In this document: one piece after another, positions 13,415-27,429 of the stretch
How the letters are laid out: each line of letters begins with the position of its first letter
Numbering within the stretch: the first letter of the stretch is position 1
Assembly: GCF_006345805.1 (NCBI RefSeq)
Contig: NC_043022.1
Span: 12,524,001 to 12,588,000 of the forward strand
Origin: Octopus sinensis
Taxonomy: Eukaryota
DNA: 64,000 nucleotides
Direction of reading: 5' to 3'
Program-made: the position numbers and the translations under genes
The notes under the pieces: model-generated
Seen by the model: only the letters and a program-made list of their open reading frames with translations
The model's database searches: none
Told to the model about the DNA's origin: nothing

Positions 13415-15079
13415 TGAAGGTTCAGTCATTTCAGAAGTTGCTCTCCTCCTCTAAGAGTGGTCTCTTAGTCTGCATGACCATCAAGTATGGCTTATATATA
13501 TAAATTATCTGCTTGTATATACTTGCTAATTTATTCTTTCCTGATTTAAGACCACTGATATCAAGCTATACATCTGCACAAAGACCTTAGACTCTTGTGT
13601 GCTCCCTGATTGAAGATAGTTTGAAAACTGTGATAGAACACTTGGTGACAGGTTCATTGTTTTTATAGCATGAGCAATATTGTTCAATATAGCCTTTTTT
13701 TAAAGGTGTGATTTGATAGGTTTGGCTACTATTTCCAGCAGATTGAGGTACTACTGAATCATTGTGTGTATTTAAAAAACTCTGATGAAAAAAGTATTTG
13801 ACATTAAGTAAATTATTTACCATTTCTCCACTGCATTTGTTTTATTATTTATGCAGATATATATATTTCAGAAAAATCTAAAACGTAAAAGAAAGATGTA
13901 AAACCATAAAAACACAACAAGCTTATTTTCAATTGTTTTTTAATGTTATTTTTTGTATTCATTACTTAATGTATTTCATTTGATGTACATTAGCAAAATA
14001 TTCTCATTGTTATGACAGTGAATATGTATTTTTAAAAGTTGTATAGTCATTCACACATTCAAAATATGTCACTGGTTCAATGCCAAATTTTGCTATGTTA
14101 AAGTTTTGATCAATGTCTATGGCTTGACTGACATAGTTCAGTGACTAAGTCACATATAAATGCACATCAACACACAAATCGTTGTTATAATTATCTGTTG
14201 TTTGTCAATTGACTAACTTGTTAGCATGTCAGATAAAATGCCTTACAGTATGTTTCAATTCTAAGTTCTCAGTTCAAACCACACCAAAACTAACTTGGGT
14301 TTTCATCCTACCAGGGTCAATAAAAAAATAAATGTACTAATCAAGTATTAGGGCTGATTTTTAACAGCTTCTTCCTCACAAATTTCTGGTTTTTTGCATT
14401 TATTATAAACCATCATTATCCATTGTTATTGTATAGGCCTCTAATTGCAAGCAGTCCACTTATTTTTCAGTGTACCTCTGGTTACATCATCTAATATCCT
14501 ACTTTTCTAAAATGTTGGAACTAGAGAGAATGGATTCAGCATTATCTTACTTTGTGTAATTGTTTTGGAGTGGTTGGACAGTGACTCTAGTCACTCGGCC
14601 TACTAAAAATAGCAGCCAAATTCCCTTCAGCTCATTCTCTATCTTTATTTAGGCAATACAATCTTATATCTGTAAAAAAAGATGATGATTCTTGTTGGAA
14701 CATATTTTCATCATAGGTCTGCTCAGTTAGGATTGACTTAGGGCTAAACATTTAATTGATGCAAGTATTTATGATTCTAACAAAATTCAATTTATTCCAT
14801 ATTGATTTTTACTTACTTTTTCCTCCTTGGTCATTGCTAAAATAATGTGCCAGTAAAAACTTGAGAACTACACAACCAATTTCATTCAAATTTTACACAT
14901 GCCTTACTTAGGGTCCATGTAGTTTCATGGCAAAAAAAATGTTCACCTTCTTGCCTAGAGCGAGCCCATAGCAATATCATATCTTCTCAGCAGCCTTCTT
15001 ACTACTAAAATTATGCACTGGTCAACAAGAGGCTGTTACAGTGGAATACAATGTTATGGACTGGTTTTCGCATCAGAAA

Positions 15080-15400
15080 AGGTGCTGAGCAAGAATGTGT
15101 TTCACTTTATGGTTTTAACCTCTTAGATGATGCAGATTAGTTGAGTAGCCTGTAAAACAACTGGATTGGTACTGAAGGGGATGAATCGGGCAAAAGTTGT
15201 TGGTGATGGTCAGACAATGAAAACTCTGAAATTTTGTGCTGATATACTCACAGGTGATCAAGATAGATTAAATAATGATATCAAGGACTGGATGGGGACA
15301 GCCCTGGCAGAATGTATGATCACAGCATAAGAGTATGGCAAGGTGGGTTAGTTGGACTTCTTTGACCCTCATCCATAACGATAGGCATACTCATTGTCTT
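15080..15400 (+). mobile_element. Highly decayed LINE (RTE-like) 3' ORF remnant
   Basis: GATATCAAGGACTGGATGGGGACAGCC reads DIKDWMGTA, resembling the 'WxDDIKEWTG' C-terminal motif. Otherwise disrupted. Confidence 0.35.
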
Positions 15401-15413
15401 TCACACGCATATA

Positions 15414-15675
15414 CATCATCATCATTTAGCGTCCGCTTTCCATGCTAGCATGGGTTGGACGGTTCAACTGGGGTCTGGGAAGCCAGAAGGCTGCACCAGG
15501 CCCAGTCTGATCTGGCAATGTTTCTACGGCTGGATGCCCCTCCTAACGCCAACCACTCCGTGAGTGTAGTGGGTGCTTTTTACGTGCCACTGGCACAGGT
15601 GCTAGATGAGGCTGGCAAATGGCCACGATTGGATGGTGCTTTTTATGTGCCATCGGCACGGGGGGCCAGGCGAGG
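15414..15675 (-). mobile_element. Solo 5'-truncated RTE 3'UTR copy with (GAT)n tail
   Basis: CATCATCATCATTTAGCGTCCGCTTTCCATGCTAGCATGGG...; same family as the array arms. It sits in the intron just past the last peptidase exon found. Confidence 0.85.
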
Positions 15676-15722
15676 TTGGCAAAGGATTTAATATATCTGC
15701 AGAAGAAGGTAGAATATCTTAC

Positions 15723-15925
15723 TTGGATAATATTGGTACTGGAGTTTTTCTCATCCGTAGAAACCCACATATATACAAAAATGTTGTTGTTGTACAAGCG
15801 TAGTTTTGACATCAGACTGTAGAGGTTAAAATTACTTTCGTTCCAATTGATATCAACCACAGGCCAACCACCAAGTTCATCCAGGAATATCCTTAAAGGA
15901 GACAAATCTCTGTCTTCCAATAAAC
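15723..15925 (-). CDS. Neprilysin/ECE-like M13 peptidase, 5th exon found
   Basis: tttcAG|GT TTA... gives (S)LLEDRDLSPLRIFLDELGGWPVVDINWNESNFNLYSLMSKLRLYNNNIFVYMWVSTDEKNSSTNIIQ|GTAAGA. 203 nt, phase 1 to 0. LGGWP and D.KNS..NII are M13 hallmarks. Confidence 0.95.
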
Positions 15926-16672
15926 CTGAAATTGTATTAAAACATTGCTATAATCAACAGAAAATTAGTTGGTTTTTACAGATATATTGTAAAGAAAGTT
16001 ACATGTGAATGGTTTGTAAGCATGCAGTCTCTCTGTATAAGTAGACTCTGTGGTTAACCCACATTAGTTTTCTCTTCAGAATGTACTGAAGAACAGTTTA
16101 AGTAGATTCATGTATCTTCATATGCTCTTTAAGAGTATTTACTTAATTTGGTCTAGAGAAAAAGAAGATAGTAGTTGACAGTTACTTATCAAATATCTGA
16201 ATATCAAGTCATAGTTTTGTTCATTTACATATTACATTCATTGGTGATGTGTATTACATATATTTAAAACTTGTAATTATACTGTCTCAGTACTGAATGT
16301 AAATTTTTTGATAGTCAAGCCATATCTGTCTTTATCTATACACTCTACTGCTCTGTAATTTAGAATGTGCCCCTGTTTTGCATTTATGATTTACCAACGA
16401 TATATATATATATAAAGAGAGAGGGGGAAGGAGGGAGGATCTCTAAGCTTAATGATTTCATGCATTGGACCCTATAGTCCACTCTTCTCCTGCTAATGCA
16501 TTCACATTAAGTATAAATATAGTTACGTTTCCATACAAAATATAGGTTGAGAAGCAGTGTAGGTTTCAAAATGACAGGCTTATAAAGGTATCAATCTTGA
16601 AGAAAAGTTTTTTAGCTGTTAGTTCTTGGCTGAGAAGAGGTAAGGGTTTGAAGCTGAATCACAACAACTTAC

Positions 16673-16756
16673 TTTTATTCATGCAAGAAGAATAAAGTAT
16701 TTTGGCTTTTTGGATTGAAATATTTTCTTCATCTGAGATTTCAGATTCAAGGAGAT
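16673..16756 (-). CDS. M13 peptidase, 4th exon found
   Basis: ttacAG|AT... gives DLLESEISDEENISIQKAKILYSSCMNK|GTAAGT. 84 nt, phase-compatible. Matches the KAK.LY.SCM motif. Confidence 0.95.
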
Positions 16757-19393
16757 CTGTAATGAGAATTAAAAAAAATATCATTGTAGTAGTTGCATTG
16801 ATTTCACGGAAAACTGAGTCTTTGGATTTATGCAATATTCTTGACAATAACGCCTATTAATTTCCATTAAGGCATTCTTTTGACATCAACTTAATAATGA
16901 CAAAATTATTTTACAAAATACTTCATTAATTCCAAAATTAATTTAAAACAAAGACAGTTTAGTTCAGTGGAAATATGCTAACAAAAGCATTCAAAAAGGA
17001 AAGGCACAGTGGATAATGTAGTCCTAGATATAGAAAAATATGGGATGGTCATGAAGGGATTGGTTTTGATCATGGATTTGTTTAGCATGGATTGTTTTGG
17101 AGTTGAGCAACAGCATTCATAAAAGAATGAGAGAATCCCTTGTTATAAAAGCTATCACAGTTAAATCTGAATTTGAAACATTTTGTTTTTTATTTTTTTT
17201 AATTATTTTTTCTATTTTAGAAATAAACTTTTGGGGTTGTATTTGATAACAGGATGTTAAACTAGAGTCTTGTCTTTGTTCCTCTTCAACTTTTTGGCTT
17301 AGCAAGTTAATACACATTGTGGGATATGTGACCCAAAGCTGCACCACAAGGAAACGGACGTTAATCAGTGTCTGACACTATTGTAGTTAGTATGACATCT
17401 AAAGACTACTGGTACTGCAGCTCTTTCTCACTTATTGAGGAAATGCATCAACTAACCTGTTTAAATGATTAACTACATTTCGTCTACAACCTTTGCTATT
17501 TATTAATCTGTCACTGCACATAGAGAATGTCCTCTTTTTTTTATCATTTTGCTGTTATTGTAATTGTCTGCAATCACTGCACCCATTCTAACCACCACAA
17601 CAGTTTGTTGCAAACAGTTGTGATTTCAAGTTGTTACTGTAGAACCAGTCATCAGGTCAGTTATCAGTGATTAATTTCTTGTATTATGGGTCAGTTTTGT
17701 CTATGATATAATTCTATTTTGTTTTGTCACATGAGACTGAATATCTCAACAGTAAAAGACAAGGCGAACAGTATCATAGGTTCACAAAGTGTTAACACTT
17801 AATGTAGGTTACATTACAAAGCTAACTGCAAATCATTATAATTATTATGCAGCATAATATTAATAGGGAGTAAATAACTGGTTCAGTATTATTCTAAATT
17901 CATCAGTGAAGCATAGACTTCACCTCATCTGTCAAAATGGTGGAAATAGAATCACTAAATGAATGTACATTAGTTAGCACAGAAGAATAGAATTGTTCAG
18001 AGATTTCATCTGCATGAAAATCAACAGTTAGTATAAAAATATTTAATGTAGGAGAATTAAAAAGGTTAACTAGAAACAACATCATAGCATTGTTTGGTCT
18101 CAGTTAAACAAGATGATGGGGATAGACATTTCAATATCTGTCCTTAGGCTCTGAATTCAATCTGCTGCAAATGTTCTGTTTAATCATGGTGGCTACTTAA
18201 TTCTGTACACCTCAGATAATCTAACTCCATTGAGAATGATCTATGATGGGCTTGAAACCCTATCCAAGAGGAATGTTACTTTTCACTGCTTAAAGCTGTG
18301 ATAAATTTGGTGCAAAGTTCTTCTTTGAAGGCATTTAGTTTCTCATTCTCTAAATATTGTTTCAGTGGAGTAACAGAAACATTAGCGTACCATACTAAAT
18401 ACCTTGCAATATTTATATCTTTGTACATTCAGAATTCAAAGCTACTGAGGTCAATTTTGCTTTACACCCTATTGAGTGATTATAAAAATAATGAAGAACT
18501 GGGACTATGTAGGTTAACCAGACCTGGCCTTTTTAAGTATCAGTCAAGAACTGAAACCTAACAGATCGATGAACCCTCACTCAACCATACCTGGGCCTTT
18601 CCTCTAATTGGAAATTATAATTTAACCTCAAGTCATAGTGAAATTAGTAAGGTAAGGGGTTTTAGCATAATTAGTAATGATATCATTAGGATTAATTTAT
18701 TGATACTGTTCCAGCAAGACTTAGAGATTGGAATTCTTGCCTAGATTGTCTTGATAGATAATAAACAATATGATATTGAACCTATGAAGGAGCACTCATT
18801 TTGGTTTCTCAACCTACTAGAAATAGCAGCACTGTCTGTTTCAGATCAAACTTTACCTAAAAAAGAAACATATTAAATGTTTAAGTTTTAGATAATTCTA
18901 TGTGAAAAACAAAAAAAGACAGTGGTCAAAGCTGAAACGCTTTTTATCATAACTCTGCTGGATTGTTGCTAACCATTTCAAAGATTTTTTATAAAGTTTT
19001 AACTCAGAAGGGAAAAGGGTAGCATTACTAACCATTTTGCAGTAGGAAAAAGGGAAAGGAAACTTGAAACTTAGTTTCCATTCTTGTAAAAGTGGAACTT
19101 AGTAAAGACATCCAAACAGACAAATGAGATTGTTAAACTGGATGACACATTAAATCTACCAACTGAAAGAGGAATTACTGTGCATCTGACAAGCTTCTAC
19201 AGAATTTCTATCTACTTTGTTTTGCTCAGCAAGATTTGATACATGCCTCCGGAATAAGAGAGCCCAAGGTCTAGAACCTCATGATTATGAAGCAAAATTC
19301 TTAACCACATGACTGGAATTAAACAACAACCACTGCCATTATAAACAATATGATCTTTTTGATTCATAAAGTTCTACAATATAGCCAACTTAC

Positions 19394-19555
19394 CTTTAAG
19401 TAAGGACTGTAGTTGATTCCTAAGTTGTTCAAATGTGCTGTAACTGGAACTATCTTCTGGAATTGGATTCAGTCTTTTCCAACTTCCACAGGCAAAGTCA
19501 TAAAAGTTATCACATGGGTCTACCTTGGTATTCATTGCATCCATCAGTCTTGCCG
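19394..19555 (-). CDS. M13 peptidase, 3rd exon found
   Basis: ttcAG|CG... gives AARLMDAMNTKVDPCDNFYDFACGSWKRLNPIPEDSSSYSTFEQLRNQLQSLLK|GTAAGT. 162 nt. Classic DPCDNFY.FACG.W motif. Confidence 0.97.
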
Positions 19556-21470
19556 CTGAAAATATTGTATATATTATATATTTGATAATTTCACTTGAAC
19601 ATAACAATACTAATATGTTGTTAGAACTCAGTATATATATTTCAGAATAAAGTGTTAGGCAAATAGTGATTGTAATATGAAACTAATGGAACAACGAGGG
19701 AATGGGAATTACATATGCAACTTCATTAGCTTACAGCTCTGAGTACACTGCTTTTTATAGCAAAAACAACTGTAAGCTAATGAAGTTGCTATATATATAT
19801 GTGTGTGCGTGAGAGAGAGAGAGACTTCATGTTCGTTGCATGAAAGTAGGATGTCAAATGTTTTTTGACAATTATATACACACATCATCATTTTACTGTC
19901 TACATTTCCATACTTGCATGGGTTAGATGGAGTTTACTGAGGTAGATTTTGCTACAGCCAGATTCCCCTCCTGTTTCCAGGGAAGAAAGTTCCATAGTCT
20001 ATTGAGCATTGAACAGTCAAAACGTATTTACAAGCCTCTTTCATTTATAAAGGTTGCACAACATCAAGAAACCTGGAAATGTTTTCATGGTTGACTGCAA
20101 GCTTACACCACTTGTATTTAATAATAAGGTTGTTGCTCTGTTCACAGTTAATGAACACACTTAAGACAGGGAGAAAATATAAATCACTCACACACACACA
20201 CATGCATATATACAATAGACTTCAGTTTCTTCCTATCAATTACATTCACAAGGTATTGGTTGATCTGCAGCTATAGTATAGAGCATTAATTGACAATGTT
20301 CATGTAGTGGGGACCAAATCTCTAACCTTGTGGTTCAGACGTGAACTTCTAAGCTAGATTTCAATGCATCCCTACACCCCCACAAACAGGCAAAAATTCG
20401 CTAAGAGAAATTACTCCAAGTAGCATGAAGTAACAAGGACAAAATTACATTTACTCTGATAGAAGGTAAGCAAGCACCTAATGGCAACTGCAATTAACAC
20501 TTTTCCTGGAGAAGACTTGGACATAAAAAAGTAGTTAGGGCAGTCATAGTTGGCTAATTTGCATAATTAAAACAAAAATGAGCTAAGAGAAAAATTAGTG
20601 GCAAGTAATGTAAATTTGGTTCAAGACAAAGGTATATCAAATACCATACAAAATAAATTCTTGATGTATTGAAATTATCTTTGATAGAATGTACCTTAAA
20701 GCCTTCACTCTTTCTTCACATTATTCCTTATATTCCTCTTTCTTGGCATACATCACACTCTTTTCCTTTTATTGCCCTCTCTCCTGTACCATCCTATTGC
20801 TCTGTCACCCATTGTTTACACTAATTCTCTCTTCATATTGACTTTGAATGAAGACAAGAGGCAATTCTTTTAGACCTTCCAAGGACATGACAATCTCTCC
20901 GGTGCAGCTGCTGCAATAAAGTGCACCAAGCACACTATAAAATAGTTAGCTTTCAGATGGGCATCTAGTGGTAAAACCTGTACTAAAGTGGAATGTATGA
21001 ACAAGATATGAACACTGCCTGTTCATGTAGGAAAACAGTATCTCTGAATAAGAGTTTACCGGGACTGTAACTGCCTGTCCAATAAATTCCTGTAAAGAAA
21101 GTGCGTTGACATAAAATGTTTATACACACACAAACACATGCACATATAAATATATAAATACATGCACACTTGTATATTCTGGTACAATAGTTTGTGTGAA
21201 AACTTATGTGAACACACACACACACACAATGAAAGAGAAACAGACATTTAGCAGAACTAATGACAATCAAAATGCCTTGTATTTCATTACATTCCTTTAT
21301 ATTCTTAGTTCAAATACCACTATGATCAATTTTGCTCTACGATGTCAATAAAATAAAATAGCAAAAGCGATGTCATGCATTATCCTCCTCCTTTGTGACT
21401 TTGAGCCTTTGTGAAATATCAATATTTAGTGATGTGATATGGAAATTAAGGTACTGAAATTTTGGTTTAA

Positions 21471-21689
21471 CCCTTTAGTATTTAAACCGGCCATATCCGG
21501 CCAAAATAGTTAATCTGTTTTATGTTCAAACTGACCAGATCCAGGCCCTCACACCTACCCTACAATGTTATTCTACATTAAGTAATTACACCATCAACAT
21601 CTTGAAGATATGAGACAATGCATGATTAATTCAAATTAATGGGAATCAATAGGCATTATGTTTGATTGAATAATCTGAACACTAAAGGG
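21471..21689. mobile_element. piggyBac-like MITE
   Basis: TTAA|CCCTTTAG ... CTAAAGGG|TTAA: CCC/GGG termini with TTAA duplication. Confidence 0.75.
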
Positions 21690-23114
21690 TTAAGGAATTA
21701 TTCAAATAGTACCAATATGTTTAGTTAGACTCAATACTCAAGTTTTGGTATCAATCTCATCTCTTAATAGTCAGTAGTAGAAAAATCATCAAGTTGCAAA
21801 GGAAATATCAATAATTCTCATGGAACTATTCAACTCATGTTAATACAGTTGCAGTGATGGAGAATTTAATGTTAAAATGTTCTTTTATTATTTTCAATGA
21901 TTTTTGTAGCTGAAAAAGTAATATCAAACCAGAGTTCTATCAATGCTTCCTTGATAAATACATAATGTTGGTTGGTTTATTGAAACTTCTTTTTTATAAA
22001 TAGAATTCCGATATTTTATCTCCAGAAGATAAAGAAATTTTGATTAAAAGTATTTATATATCTATTTGATCTGTTCTATTGGAAATAATGGTTCTGAAGT
22101 TGGCTGCCTTTTCTAGAATCAACCATTTTGTGATAAAATTGGAATAGTGTCTGTTTTGTAATTTCCAAAACTGAAGCATGTTTGCTTAAAATTTGTTGTG
22201 ATTGAAATGTTGTTTTTCTATTATTTTTTTTTCCTTACATGTAACACAATAGATGCAGTATGGCTGAATGGTTAAGAAGTTAGATTTGTCACCACAAGGT
22301 TCCAGCTTTAACCTCACTGCATAATATTTTGGGCAAATGTTGTTTTCTTTAGCCTAGAGTCAACTCATTCTTGTGAATGAAACTTAAGAGACAGAAAATA
22401 TATAGAAACCTATTATGTGGATTGTAACTGTTATTCAAAAGACACACTCTGTCATGTTGATTCTGCCTGAAAATTACATTAAGGGTACACCTGTCTGTGG
22501 AATGTTCAACCATTTACATGTTAATTTAGGAGAAGCTAATCCAGTTGATTAGACAGTTGAATCTTCATTAAAGGATAAAAATCCAATGCATATATCATAG
22601 ATACTTTTCAAAATGGCTGCTGGAATGCCATTGACTTGATCTTTACTAAAGACATGAGAAGAAAAAGACATATCTGCTATTTAACAATTATGAGGATGGA
22701 GAAGATGAAAGTATATTATTTTTGACCTTTGTTTATTTTTTGTTCATATTTCCATTGACATACACTGAATAAGTGCTTAAATTTTGAAAATAATGAAAAA
22801 TTTGGAGGGTCTTAGTAAAATAATATTTTTATTTTTAAACTGATGTTTGTAATAGAACTCAAGATTCTTACATAATATTAGAGAGGTAAGTTTTAATTTA
22901 AATAGGAACATTTTTAAAGCAAGGGCTTTTGTACCTTGGAAACAGAGGCTATGTTGATTGGTTGTTTAGTGTCAGAGGGGTTAAGCATGAGAAATTGAAA
23001 AGTGTTAAGTCAATTGAAACATACTTGTAAGAGAATAACTCCATTGACCAGTTTGTATTTTTGAGCCACAGATTGAACAGAAACAGTTACTTTATAAAAA
23101 GTACACCATTGAGT

Positions 23115-23400
23115 GATATATGTCCCTGAAGAGAGGCAGTTATTTAAGCAGTCTATCATAGTGTGATCTGTATCTCTTAATAGACATAAATCATGCTATG
23201 ATAGACTATGAACAGTCTACCATAGAGTGCTCTGTCCTGAACAAAGACAGTTATTCAATCTACCACAAAGTAGACTGTGTCCCTGAATAGAAGCAGTTAT
23301 TTGAACAGTGTGGTCTGTATCCCTGAAAAGACACAGATTTTGAACAATGTACTATTGCGTTGTCTATAATGGAATATAGACAATTATTTTATCAATAATA
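23115..23400. repeat. Degenerate ~45-50 bp minisatellite
   Basis: Recurring TGTCCCTGAA.AGA.GCAGTTATTT..ACAGTCTA units. Confidence 0.6.
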
Positions 23401-23757
23401 ATCAGAATATCTACTATCCCAATCTTTATAGCTGTATTATGATTCTTTCCCATTCAACAAAGTTAAACAATATCAAAGCTGGGTTGGTAATTAGGTGGTT
23501 GACTGCTTGGGAAAAACAAATGCTGAAATTAAGCATCAACTTTTCAGCCATTTGCTCAACCTGCTAGAAATACAAGCTGTTTCACTTTTAAATCGTTTTA
23601 CAAAAATGAGTTACATATTGAATTATATGATCTTAGATATAGTGTATCTGAATAGATATGATGGCCATGGTTGGAACATAAGTCTTTTCAAGCAAGACTG
23701 CCTTGGCTAAACAACAACATTAAAAAATAATGATGGGTATTAATGTGAAAATCTTAC

Positions 23758-23814
23758 CTGCTTTAACGCAATCTTTTGTCAAACATAAATTTTCAAGAGC
23801 TAATTGTTGAGGAT
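23758..23814 (-). CDS. M13 peptidase, 2nd exon found (stalk)
   Basis: ttttaaAG|AT... gives DPQQLALENLCLTKDCVKA|GTAAGA. 57 nt. Contains the CLT..CV.AA motif. Confidence 0.95.
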
Positions 23815-24823
23815 CTTTAAAAGACAGATACAAAGAAAAAAAGAGAGGAAAACCAACATCAAAATTCCAATTGCATATAGATACAATATAAAAGACTTCT
23901 TGTTTGTAAATATGAAAATCTTGCAAATTTCGCAGACTACAATAGCATTTATCATTTCTGTTTTGTAGATATTCTCCTATTCTATCAGCCATGGTGGTTA
24001 TTTAGGCTTTTTAGACATGCAAGTCACAAAGTGGCCTTACAAAGGCTGGGGCTACAAAAATGTTTACCCAGTATAACCTGTAAAGTGATTGGTATTAGGA
24101 AGGGCATTGAGCCATAGAAACCATGGCAAAACTGAAACATTGGAGCTCAGGTGAATCCTGTCCAACTCGTGCCAGCATTGAAAGTGGATGTAAAATAACG
24201 ATGATGAGTATGTTTAATGGTATGTTTTATCAAAACACATGTACTAGTATCTTTTCAGTTTTTACCAACAAATTTACTCATGAGGCTTTGATCAGCCCAG
24301 AGCCATTGTAAAATGTACTTGCTCAAAGTACTGCACAGTGGGACTGAATTCAAAACTAAGTGATTGTGAATGTCTTAATCACACAACCAGTACCTCATGA
24401 TATGATTATTTATTCAGCTAAAAACCTACAATCTCAGTTTGAAAAGTCTAAATAATAGATGTTTGTATTTAAAGCAAATGGCTATCTGCCAGTTTTCAAT
24501 CTGGATATCTTATACATCTAGATTGGCAGTTCCATTTCATGAAACCAACTTTGGCTAGTTTTAAGAAGTGGCCATATCATTAACCTGATTTAGCCAGTTT
24601 AAATGTTATAGGATTAACAACATAGATTTTAATTCAACATAAAGCCACTTTTTGTCATGGCTGTTGATTGAACTGATCTGTGATATATCCTTGAGATTTA
24701 TTCTAACTATTACAAGGATGAAAGACAAAGTCAAGCTCTGTAAGATTTGAACTTAGAATTGTGGTAACTCTGCCTTTTCTATGAAGTAACAAAACCTGTT
24801 AATATTCATGTCTTCTGACTTAC

Positions 24824-24960
24824 CTTTCTGGTTCTTCATGCTGAGAATTACCACAAGGCTTATACCAAGACCAGTTGCAAGAATGCAAAGGGAGATCATA
24901 ACAGTTCTCATTTCTAACCAAATAAAGGGCCGATTGCCTCTTTTGGTTGTTGTTTCAAGT
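24824..24960 (-). CDS. M13 peptidase, transmembrane (type II signal-anchor) exon
   Basis: tattccAG|A CTT... gives LETTTKRGNRPFIWLEMRTVMISLCILATGLGISLVVILSMKNQK|GTAAGT. 137 nt. Hydrophobic stretch in frame with the next exon. Confidence 0.85.
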
Positions 24961-27429
24961 CTGGAATATAAAGTAATTAATACAACTCTCTTTAATTAAC
25001 AAAGAAAAACAAGAAAGTAATGTGTTCAGATTTCAAATAATTTCTTTAAGAATGAATGTATTTTTATTGTTTTAATGTAATATTCTTGGATAGGTTCTGC
25101 AGGAATGGGAAGTTGTGATATTCACCCCTTTTCTTTATTCTATCAATATGAGCAAAAATGAATCAACAAGAGGCCATCTATTTGATTGTTCAACTACTAG
25201 AAATAACCAAATCTCCCTAAAATGGGATACATTGGATAATGTAATATTAAATATACAAAGCATGATGGACACATCTGAAACTTGTTTAATTATAGGCCTA
25301 CTTCATAAGGGCTGACCTGGGGTCAAACAACATTATGAAGGAAGAACTCATTACATAATGTAGTCTTAGATGTAATATGTCTGAATAAAAGATAGTATGA
25401 TCACTGCTGGAAGTCTTTGATCATAGATCTGCTATATCAAAGTAATCCTGGGGCTAAACTACAACATAAGTGGCATGAAATAACTTTGAAATAGGAACAA
25501 TTTTTTAAAATAATTTACTCTTTAATCTATTCTAAGTGCTTCAGTTATGAAGTGCAGGGTGAGAACTTGTGGGTTAATGCTTTTCCTTTTAGTGGCAACA
25601 TCAAGCTAGAAAGCATATTACAGAGTCAACGAGGGAGCCTTTCTATCATCACTTAACTTGTTAGTAATAGCAGCCATACTTCCTTCAAATTTGTCCAAGT
25701 GAACTGCATATGAAAAGACTGGATGATCACAGCTGGCATGTCTTTGATAGATCTGCCTGACCAGGACTAACCTGGGGTTAAACAACCAGCACCACATCAA
25801 AGAAATGCTTTAACAGAAATCTATATATTACACTGTTATTTATGGCAGTCAACACAATTTTCTTTGAAAGTAAATGTTTTTTTTTTATTCTTTTAAACTT
25901 TCAAATCAATCTCCCCTCTACTTCAGTCTTGGACTCATCTGTTGTCTTGGAAACCTTTCCTACTTTTTCTTTTATTATTAATAATCCACATCACTTTTAA
26001 TCATGTCATTTGTATCACAGTCACTCATCTTGCTTTTCATCCACTAAAGTATCTTCCTTGGCTATGGGGGAAGGGGAAGGGAAGGTTTTATCCTGTTCTC
26101 TTTGAAACGGCATATTTAATAAATAACAAATTTTCAATGTATTTGTGAATTCTGCAAAATTGCGCTGCAAGGTGTTGCTACTGAAATCTTTTCATATTGC
26201 AGCAAGATGCAAAACCAATTTCCTTTTTTTTCCTTCTCCATAATTGGTTTAGGAATGTTTGCCAATTTCAAACACTAAGTCTTTGAAAAAAATTTCAGCT
26301 AACTGCACTATTCTAATTGCATTTTTCTGCAAAAGAGCTTGCAGAGGTGTTGATACAGGAGTGGGAAGGGTAGATGGTGTTATTGATACTGGAGACAACA
26401 GTAAAGTGAATAGAATTTTTTAAAAATTTTATTTGCAGGATTGTCTTTATTTCATTATTTGTGTTTGTATTTATTTTTTGTTTTATTTCGATGTTTCTCT
26501 ATGAATGAATATGTACACTGTCTTACAGGGCCCTATGGTGATAAGGAAATGCTTGACTGATGTGGTTTGGTATTATTACTGAAATTTATATTGGGTATTA
26601 GATGGTTGGCAATAATTGTTGTTGTTCAGCTCCAGGTCAGCTCTAAAAATGTTCCAACTGTGACTATCTTGTCTGATGTTTTTGTGGCTACATTATCTAA
26701 TGTGTTCCTTCTGCTTTATAGTTTTGTTATATGCTCCAGGTTAGCATATCTATGATGAAGTGTACTCCAGTTAAGTCTGTTATTCTATATTGATACATTG
26801 TGGTATTTAGGACTACATTATCTAATATATTCTTCCTTACTGTTTTTTTTTAGTCCCAGGTCAGCCCTTGTATATTTGTGTATGTGTTTGTATGTATAAA
26901 CAGTGGAAACCACTTATAATCATTGATAGTGTCCTCTGTTTGTAATTGTTATAAAAATCAGCAGGTTGTTTAATGCTGCCAGCTGGTTATTCTGAAAAAA
27001 TAAAGTAGGAGGGTGGCTTCCTCACAAAGTGATCAAACTATACAGCTTCTATTCATATGTGTGTTGCTTGGAGTAACTAAATACATCTTGCTCAGCCAAG
27101 TAAAATGATGACATGTGGTAATAGAAAATAGAGTAGGTAATCCAGTAAGTTCAAATTTATTACAGTTCACTAATGTTATCAATGTAGAACACCAAAACTG
27201 TTCTCAAGATAGAAATGGCAAGCACATTTTATTAATACCACTCATTTACTGCACATACTCATATTAAGAATAGGATGGAGAACAAGATATAGCATTACTC
27301 CAGTTATTACAGCTTTGTGAGTGATGAATTTCCTGTGACATTCTGTGGCTCCTTCATAGTAGTGCTGTATTACTAATAATGATGCTCTGAGGCTTAGCGT
27401 GATTTTACGGTGTTGGAAATATGGGAGGT

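Larger units (their letters stand above)
11780..25800 (+). repeat. Dispersed decayed copies of one short-repeat family ending ...TTTGATCATAGGTCTGC...CTGGGGCTAAACAAC
   Basis: Partial matches near 12150, 14700, 17060, 18930, 23680, 25290, 25420 and 25740. Boundaries are not resolvable by eye. Confidence 0.5.
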
